Shown: positions 56,872 to 64,000 of the stretch, piece after piece
How positions within the stretch are numbered: the first letter of the stretch is position 1
Layout of the letters: each line of letters begins with the position of its first letter
Assembly (NCBI GenBank): GCA_964497805.1
Contig: CAZCFB010000006.1
Location: forward strand, 1,251 to 65,250
Length of the DNA: 64,000 nucleotides
Direction of reading: 5' to 3'
DNA from: an uncultured Kofleriaceae bacterium
GTDB taxonomy: Bacteria > Myxococcota_A > Polyangia > GCA-2747355 > CAZCFB01
Made by a program: the position numbers and the translations under genes
The notes under the pieces: model-generated
Told to the model about the DNA's origin: nothing
Databases searched by the model: none
What the model saw: the letters and a program-made list of their open reading frames with translations, nothing else

Positions 56872-58347
56872 CTACTTGATCAGCACCCCGTCAAGGTCCC
56901 GCAGCTGCGCCTTGCCGTGGGCGGCTTCCAGCGGCTCTCGGATCTTTGCCAGGTCCCCGGCCACGGCGATGGTGGCCTTGCCCGCTCGAACCAGGCGGCG
57001 GGCGGCGGCGGTGACCCTGGCCGCGGTGAGGGCGCTCACCTCCCCTGCCAGGCTGTCCAGGCGGCTGAGGGGGAGGCCGTTGAGGGCCAGGTCGGCATGG
57101 GCCTCCACCAGGCCAGCCACGGTTTCGGCCCGTGCTGGCTGCTCCTCCACGAGCAGGCGCTTTGCCTTGGTGAGCTCGGCGCTGGTGAGCGGGCGGGAGA
57201 CGGCGCCCTCCAGCTCCTTGAGGATCTCAACCAGCGCGGCGGCGGTGTCCTCCGTCTCCACCGATGTGGAGGTGATGAACATGCCGCCCGCGCGTCGGGT
57301 CAGGAACATGGAGCGGACGCCGTAGGTGAAGCCGTGCTCCTCGCGCAGGTTTTGGTTCAGGCGGCTAGTGAAGCTGCCGCCCAGGACGGTGTTGAGCGCC
57401 TCCATGGCCGCGTACATCTTGGTGCCTCTGGCCGGGCCCAGGTGGCCCACCCTGATGACGGACTGGGTGGCGCCGGGCCGGTCGACCAGCACCAGGCGGG
57501 GGCCGCCGGCAGGAGGATTGGCTGGTTTAGGTGGGGCAGGGGGCTTCCCCTGCCAGCCCGTGAGGCGCTGCTCCAGCAGGGCACGCAGCTCTGCCGCCGT
57601 GATGTCCCCGGCCGCGATGACCATGGCCCCCTCCGGACGGTATCGCTCCTGGTGGAACTGCTTCACCCGCGCCGGGGTGATGGCCGCGAGCCAGGCCAGA
57701 TGGGGCAGCACGGGCCGGCCGTACGGGTGGTCGCCGAACACGGCGGACTTCAGGGCCAGGTGGGCGATCTGGGCTGGCTTTGCCCTGCGCTGGGTCACCC
57801 GCCCGCGGAGTTGCCGCTTGAGCCGGTCCAGCTCTCCGCCGGTGAGCCGTGGCCGCAGCAGGGTGTCGGCCAGCAGCTCCATGGCGGTTTCAAGGTTCCG
57901 GCGCAGGGTGGCCAGCTCCAGCTGCGCGTGGTCCTGATCCACCCAGGAGACCAGGGTGGCGCCAAGATCCTGCAGCGCCCCGGAGAAGGCCAGAGCTGAA
58001 CGCTTCCCCGCGCCCCGCTCAAGCATGTTGGCCGTGATATGAGCCAGGCCCGGAACCTTGGCCGGGTCCGCGCCGGAGCCGCCGTCGAAGGCCACGCGGA
58101 TGCGCACCAGGGGCAGGTCCGGCCGCGGGATCAGGATCACCCGGACGCCGCTTTTCAGGCGGAACCGTTCTGCCCGGGGGAACTTGAACGTGGCGGGGGG
58201 GCCCAGGCGGGGTTGCTTGTTCATGAAAGCGGGGATTGGGGTGGGCTTGGGGGTCACGGTTGTACTCCTCTGGGGCAAGGGTCGAGGGGTGCAGGCAAGG
58301 AGGGCCAGGGCCGGGGCCAGGGCCAGGGCCAGGGTTTTACTTCCCAC
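56872..58347 (-). CDS. M16-family peptidase-like lipoprotein, probably the non-catalytic partner
   Basis: The lipobox is ALALLAC. The sequence is M16-like, but the zinc-motif position reads HITANMLERG, so there is no HxxEH. It overlaps the upstream M16 gene by 11 nt. Confidence 0.7.
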   Translation of the reverse strand: MGSKTLALALAPALALLACTPRPLPQRSTTVTPKPTPIPAFMNKQPRLGPPATFKFPRAERFRLKSGVRVILIPRPDLPLVRIRVAFDGGSGADPAKVPGLAHITANMLERGAGKRSALAFSGALQDLGATLVSWVDQDHAQLELATLRRNLETAMELLADTLLRPRLTGGELDRLKRQLRGRVTQRRAKPAQIAHLALKSAVFGDHPYGRPVLPHLAWLAAITPARVKQFHQERYRPEGAMVIAAGDITAAELRALLEQRLTGWQGKPPAPPKPANPPAGGPRLVLVDRPGATQSVIRVGHLGPARGTKMYAAMEALNTVLGGSFTSRLNQNLREEHGFTYGVRSMFLTRRAGGMFITSTSVETEDTAAALVEILKELEGAVSRPLTSAELTKAKRLLVEEQPARAETVAGLVEAHADLALNGLPLSRLDSLAGEVSALTAARVTAAARRLVRAGKATIAVAGDLAKIREPLEAAHGKAQLRDLDGVLIK

Positions 58348-59677
58348 TGGGGACGACCCTCAGGATCACAGCCTTGCTTGGGGCCAGGGTGGTCTTGGCC
58401 AGGTCGTGCAGGCCCTGGCGGGTCACGGCGCGGTAGCGGGCCAGGTCCTGCTCCACATGGTCGGGCTCGCCGGTGCGGTTGAAGTAGGTGTTGAGCAGCT
58501 CGGCGCGGTTGCGGAGCCGCTCAAGCCGGCGCACGAACTGCACCTCGAAGATGTTGCGGGCCCGGGCCAGCTCCTGCTCGGAGGGGGGCTCGGCGCGGAA
58601 GTCGGCCAGCACCTTTGCCACGGCCTTCTCCAGGGCGTCCAGGGTGACGCCCTCAATTGCGGTGGCCCTGACCACAAACTGTGATCCCAGCGCCCGGGAC
58701 TCCTGGTACGCCACCGCGTCCAGGGCGACCTTCTGCTCATAGACGAGCGCCTTGTACAGACGGGATTGCTTGCCCTCGCACAGCACCTCGGCGGCCAGGT
58801 CCATCTCCGCGTCCCCGGGGGACATGTGGGCGGGGGTGCGCCAAACCATGTACAGCCGGGGCAGCTTCACCCGGTCCTTGATGGTGCGCCGAACCGCGAC
58901 CGCTCGCGCCCTGGCGGAGGGGGCCACCTTGGGGGCGCGGGCCCTGCGCGGAGCCGGCCTGGACGGGATCCAGCCGAAGTACTTCTCCACCAGCCGCCGT
59001 GTACGGGCCATGTCCAGCTTGCCGGCCACCACCAGCGAGGCGTTGCGCGGCGAATAGTAGCGGGCAAAGAGCCGCTGCAGATGGGGCACCTTCACCTTCG
59101 CCAGGTCCTCCAGGGTGCCTATGACCGGGCGGCCGTACGGGTGGTCGTCTCCCCAAACAAGGCCGGGCATGGTGAGCCCCGCCTTTCCATAAGGGGCGTT
59201 CTCGTAGCTCTGACGGTACTCGTTGACCACCACATCCCGCTGAAGGTCGAGCTTCTTGTCGGTGAGCGCGCCGGCCAGGGTGGCCATTCGGTCCGCCTCG
59301 ATCCAGAGCAGGGTCTGGAGCAGGCGCGCGGGCCCCACGTCGTAGTAAACGGTCTGGTCCTGGCTGGTGTAGGCGTTATTCCATCCGCCCGCGCCCTCCA
59401 TGATCCGGTCGATCTTGCCCTCGGGTACGCGATCGGTGCCCATGAACATCAGGTGCTCGAACAGGTGGGCGACCCCCGACTGGCCAGCCGGATCGTCCCG
59501 GCCGCCGATGCGGTAGAGCAGGTTCACGGCGACCTGTGGCAGGCGCTGATCTTGGTGGAGGATGACCGTGAGGCCGTTGTTCAGGACAAACTTCTCGTGC
59601 GGGATCTTCAAGGGGGCACCCTGGGCGCTGGGGGTAAGGAACAGCAGCGTGGCGGTGAGCCAGGCGAGGCGAGTCAT
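58337..59677 (-). CDS. M16-family zinc peptidase (insulinase/pitrilysin-like), catalytic subunit
   Basis: The signal peptide is followed by GVAHLFEHLMFMGT, the inverted zinc motif HxxEH. Confidence 0.85.
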   Translation of the reverse strand: MTRLAWLTATLLFLTPSAQGAPLKIPHEKFVLNNGLTVILHQDQRLPQVAVNLLYRIGGRDDPAGQSGVAHLFEHLMFMGTDRVPEGKIDRIMEGAGGWNNAYTSQDQTVYYDVGPARLLQTLLWIEADRMATLAGALTDKKLDLQRDVVVNEYRQSYENAPYGKAGLTMPGLVWGDDHPYGRPVIGTLEDLAKVKVPHLQRLFARYYSPRNASLVVAGKLDMARTRRLVEKYFGWIPSRPAPRRARAPKVAPSARARAVAVRRTIKDRVKLPRLYMVWRTPAHMSPGDAEMDLAAEVLCEGKQSRLYKALVYEQKVALDAVAYQESRALGSQFVVRATAIEGVTLDALEKAVAKVLADFRAEPPSEQELARARNIFEVQFVRRLERLRNRAELLNTYFNRTGEPDHVEQDLARYRAVTRQGLHDLAKTTLAPSKAVILRVVPSGK

Positions 59678-59737
59678 GATGGGGGAGTGTTAGCAGATGT
59701 GGCTTGATGGGTCAGGGGAAAAGGGGGGAGCGCCAGG

Positions 59738-60979
59738 TTACTGATATTCAAGCCAGGTGGAATTCAGTGTGCTCTGCCCACGGGCCCATAGTGGGATGCC
59801 CGCAAAAATCGCAACGCCCGTTAGCAATGAGCCTGATATGCCCATTGCCATCCCGGCTTTTGCGCCCCCCACATTTTTGTTTCCGTCGTAGAAATTCCAG
59901 CCGAATCCCGCCAGTGCAGGCCCCAAGATTCCGCCAACGAAGACGAGAACCATTCCTGCGGTCCGAAGACGCTTACCTTTGTGGTAACTGGGATCTTGCA
60001 GGTATGTCCCATGCCCGGCCTCGTCGGTTGACCTGTTGAGAACTTCCTCACCAAGAGGGCGTCGGAGGCGTGTTTCGACGACCTCATTGCTTAGTCCTTC
60101 GACTTCGCTGATCGGTCTCCACTCCGTTTCTCCGGAGCACAATACCCTGTCGCTCGGCGTGAGTATGCTCTTGCGGAGCAGGCGCTTGAGCGCATCAGTA
60201 GTCAATGGTCCAACCGTCTCCTGGTCTCTCACAGTGAACCAGGTCACAAGCACTGCAAACTCTGGAACGTCCCACAGAGGCGTCCACTTCTTCTTACCTT
60301 TGCGCCAGACCTTCGTCCTGCCCGTGAGTTTTTTTTGCCTGTACAAGACGCGTACCCTCTCCACAGATATGGGGCCTTGCTTCTTGTCACTTTCCAGGTA
60401 GTACCAATCGGCTTGCTCCAAGCCAGCCAGAGACTGTGGAAGATCTTCCAGTGAAGGTGAAGGGGAGCTCTTCAGGGCAGGGAATACTTTGAATAGAACA
60501 TGCTCCACTGCACCGTTGAGCTGTTCCATGTCGCAGGCACTTTCCTCGGCCGCTTGAGCCTCGACATATGCCATCGAGATGTCGTGTTGCTCCACGGAGG
60601 TCGTGCACTTTCCTTTGCCCTTCTCCACAATCCTCAGAATGAGTGCCTTTTTGGCTCCCAGGTTGCTGGCTACTTTCAACACGCAGGATGTATCAACACA
60701 GCCTGGCGGCAGGATTGCGTCCTTTTTATTGCCTTTGGAGCCCGCACTCCCCATGAAGGCGACGGAATATCTCTGCTCCCTGGAAAGTAGATCCTGTGCT
60801 CTTTCCATCAGCTCTTGGGTGGCCGTCCTGTCTCTCTGGTGGAGCGCCCCCATTATGGGGATAACCGCCATGACAGGTTTGCTCTCTTCGGCAATGGAAA
60901 GGGTGGGCGAGAAGACGCTCGAAAAGGCAAAAACCGTCGCCACGGCACAGCGCCATGAAGTGGCCCCGCAAGGATCCAT
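59738..60979 (-). CDS. Secreted/membrane-anchored protein with two GYF_2 (DUF4339)-like domains; low-GC gene
   Basis: The signal-like N-terminus is MDPCGATSWRCAVATVFAFSSVFS (an alternative start is at 61030). The two GYF-like units are DWYYLESDKKQGPISVERVRVLYRQKKLTGRTKVWRKGKKKWTPLWDVPEF and WFTVRDQETVGPLTTDALKRLLRKSILTPSDRVLCSGETEWRPISEV. There are two C-terminal TM helices. GC content is visibly lower than in the flanks. Confidence 0.6.
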   Translation of the reverse strand: MDPCGATSWRCAVATVFAFSSVFSPTLSIAEESKPVMAVIPIMGALHQRDRTATQELMERAQDLLSREQRYSVAFMGSAGSKGNKKDAILPPGCVDTSCVLKVASNLGAKKALILRIVEKGKGKCTTSVEQHDISMAYVEAQAAEESACDMEQLNGAVEHVLFKVFPALKSSPSPSLEDLPQSLAGLEQADWYYLESDKKQGPISVERVRVLYRQKKLTGRTKVWRKGKKKWTPLWDVPEFAVLVTWFTVRDQETVGPLTTDALKRLLRKSILTPSDRVLCSGETEWRPISEVEGLSNEVVETRLRRPLGEEVLNRSTDEAGHGTYLQDPSYHKGKRLRTAGMVLVFVGGILGPALAGFGWNFYDGNKNVGGAKAGMAMGISGSLLTGVAIFAGIPLWARGQSTLNSTWLEYQ

Positions 60980-61239
60980 TCGACACCTCATTTCTGAGAA
61001 AGTTGAACGCCTGAAGTCGCTTATGAGCACATTTTAAGGTGGACCAGCACAAATACCAATACTGACGCTCCCCGGTGAGCACCTACATAAAAAGCAAAAT
61101 GTTGGCAGAGATGGCTGCTTTGGACTTCATCGGAGGTCTGAAGTATCGGTGGAGCTGACCCAGCACCAGGATTGTTCTGGGGGGAGCGCCAGGAAGGCAC
61201 AGGGGGAGGAGGGGGAGGGCTAGTACTGGAGCTTCGCTC

Positions 61240-62469
61240 CTAGTACTCCACGCCGATCTTTTTACCCTGCTCCTTCAGCGCGGCCTCGATGGTGTCGTCG
61301 AAGGAGGTGCCCTTGCTGGCGGCGGGGCGCTTGGCCTTGATGTAGGCCGACCGCGACGCGGACAGCTTCTTGATCTTGCGCTTCAGCTTGGCCCGCTTCT
61401 GGGCCACCTTGGCCACGTACCCCTTGCGCTCGGCCCTGGGCATGGCCGCCACCGGGGCGGGGAGCTCCTCCTCCGAGAAGGCGTCCAGGTCCTTGCCCTT
61501 GGCCATGCCGGCCAGCAGGTCGGTGCTGTCCAGCTTGCCCGAGGCCGCGCGGTACTTGGCGCTCTCGGCCTGCACCTCGGCCTTCATGGCCATGTTCATG
61601 GTGGCCCGGCGGCGGGCGGCGCGCTTGGCCACCTTGTCGCCGGTGGGCAGGATGGTGGCGGAGAGCTCCATGTTCAGCTCCTTGAGGCGCTCGTCCACCG
61701 GGGTCTTGATGGCCACCATGCCGCCGTCCTGGCGGATGGAGGCGTACATGCCGCCGCTCATCTTGGCGATGCGCTTCCAGGCCGAGGCCGTGGCCCCGCT
61801 GCGGCCGCAGCGCACGGCGTTGAGGGCGATGCCCTTCTTGACCGCCATGCGCGCCAGGGAGCGGGAGTAGAGCCCGTCGCGGCCCTCATGGGGCGGGGCG
61901 TCGCCCACCAGGAAGACCAGGCGCAGAACGTCCTGGCCCTGGCGCCAGCTCATCTTGTTCATGGCGTCGTACAGGGCGCGGTTCACATGCTCGGGGGTGT
62001 CCCCGCCGCCCTGGGCGCGGAAGCGCTGCAGGCTCTCGTAAATGTCGTCGATGTCCTCGGTGAGCTGGTAGCGCCGGGTGACATAGGCGTCTCCCTTGTC
62101 CCGGTAACCCACCAGGCCGATGCGCACGTCCGGCCGGGGCTGGCCGCTGACGATCTGGTTCGCGATGGACCAGATCTTCTTCTTGGCGCCGGCGATGAGC
62201 CCGCCCATGCTGCCGGTGGTGTCCAGGACGAACACCACGTCCACCTTGGGGGGCTCCTTGACCTTGCGCTCGATGATCTGCACCGGCTTCTTCACCACCT
62301 TGACCACCTTGACCGGAGGCTCACCAGGGCTGGGGATCGAGACCTTCACCTTGGGGCCCGAGGCCGCCGCGTTGCGCTGCTGGGCGGCAAGACCCAGAGC
62401 CAGGACCAGGGCGCAACCAGCCGCCACCAACATGGTTGCCGTGACCTTCTTCTTTCCCGAGCTAGACAT
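61240..62469 (-). CDS. von Willebrand factor A domain protein (membrane-anchored)
   Basis: N-terminal TM anchor. The MIDAS region is VVFVLDTTGSMGG. GGGDTPE and FLVGDAPPH follow. I place the start at ATG 62469. Confidence 0.8.
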   Translation of the reverse strand: MSSSGKKKVTATMLVAAGCALVLALGLAAQQRNAAASGPKVKVSIPSPGEPPVKVVKVVKKPVQIIERKVKEPPKVDVVFVLDTTGSMGGLIAGAKKKIWSIANQIVSGQPRPDVRIGLVGYRDKGDAYVTRRYQLTEDIDDIYESLQRFRAQGGGDTPEHVNRALYDAMNKMSWRQGQDVLRLVFLVGDAPPHEGRDGLYSRSLARMAVKKGIALNAVRCGRSGATASAWKRIAKMSGGMYASIRQDGGMVAIKTPVDERLKELNMELSATILPTGDKVAKRAARRRATMNMAMKAEVQAESAKYRAASGKLDSTDLLAGMAKGKDLDAFSEEELPAPVAAMPRAERKGYVAKVAQKRAKLKRKIKKLSASRSAYIKAKRPAASKGTSFDDTIEAALKEQGKKIGVEY

Positions 62470-62584
62470 TGACGCCTCCTTGACGTGGGGTTTTTCGCTG
62501 ATGGCCCTGTAACAACGCACCGGATCCGGGGAGGGTCTAAGCAAAGTTTCAACCGGCCTTCCACGTATTAAATGACGTGCTAAA

Positions 62585-63604
<1,020 letters not shown>

Positions 63605-63617
63605 ACGGCGCCGCCCC

Positions 63618-64000
63618 ATGTCCCGGCTCAAAAAACTGCTCAAGCCGCCGCGGCGGTTGAAGTTCACCCGCGAGGGCAAGTACTTCGTGGCGCTCACTCT
63701 GGGCATCGGCTTCGCGGCCATCAACACCGGCAACAACCTGCTCTACCTGCTGCTCGGCATGATGATGTCTCTGATCCTGGGCAGCGGCGTCCTCTCCGAG
63801 TTCTCTCTGGGCGGGCTCACCGTGCGGCGCATGCCGCCGGATCGCGTCTTCGCGGGCAGCCCCTTCCTCATGGGCATCGCCCTGCGCAACCCCCGGCGGT
63901 GGCTCCCCTCATTTTCCATCGAGGTGGAGGACATGCTGCTCGGCAAGGCCCTGGAGCGGCGCTGCTACTTCCTCAAGACGCCGGCCGGGCGCACCCAGCG
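63618..64000 (+). CDS. DUF58-family protein, N-terminal fragment (runs off the window end)
   Basis: I translated this myself, since it is not in the ORF track: [61 protein letters not shown]... The LTREG...[13 protein letters not shown] motif and two TM helices are typical of DUF58 partners of MoxR. Confidence 0.75.
   Translation, partial: MSRLKKLLKPPRRLKFTREGKYFVALTLGIGFAAINTGNNLLYLLLGMMMSLILGSGVLSEFSLGGLTVRRMPPDRVFAGSPFLMGIALRNPRRWLPSFSIEVEDMLLGKALERRCYFLKTPAGRTQ

Overview
This is a 64 kb piece of very GC-rich bacterial chromosome, roughly 68-70% G+C by eye (not computed). It is almost certainly from a member of the Myxococcota. The evidence is a MYXO-CTERM-type sorting tail, an AgmX/PglI-type C-terminal domain, a sigma-54 enhancer-binding response regulator, and TSP3/VWA lipoproteins. 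I can support about 50 protein-coding genes and found no rRNA, tRNA, CRISPR array, transposase or integrase. The window has three parts. (1) 1-26.4 kb holds a two-component system followed by a ~24 kb, 19-gene island that looks like glycan or surface-modification biosynthesis. Most genes in it are translationally coupled. It contains six glycosyltransferases, two radical-SAM enzymes, a natural fusion of a glycyl-radical-enzyme activase to a glycyl radical enzyme, an HPr-kinase-like P-loop protein, a nucleotidyltransferase-like protein, a sulfotransferase, an SGNH hydrolase, a HAD phosphatase, an ABC exporter, a membrane/pentapeptide-repeat fusion, a GH13 enzyme and a repeat-containing Cys-rich lipoprotein. 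(2) 26.5-36.6 kb is housekeeping: deoxynucleoside kinase, folE, def, lpxC, prmA, rsmE and others. (3) 36.6-64 kb holds large repeat/HEAT, TSP3-VWA and VIT-VWA surface proteins, a set of phosphoesterase and lipid-related enzymes, glgP, adk, an M16 peptidase pair, a low-GC gene for a GYF-domain protein, and a VWA/MoxR/DUF58 module. The most interesting non-coding signal is a four-hairpin repeat module in three intergenic loci, with compensatory stem changes between copies. One copy sits in an in-frame 267-bp offset between two 46-bp near-identical direct repeats that duplicate the 5' end of a radical-SAM gene. All functional calls rest on motifs I recognised by eye in the supplied translations. 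No database search was run.
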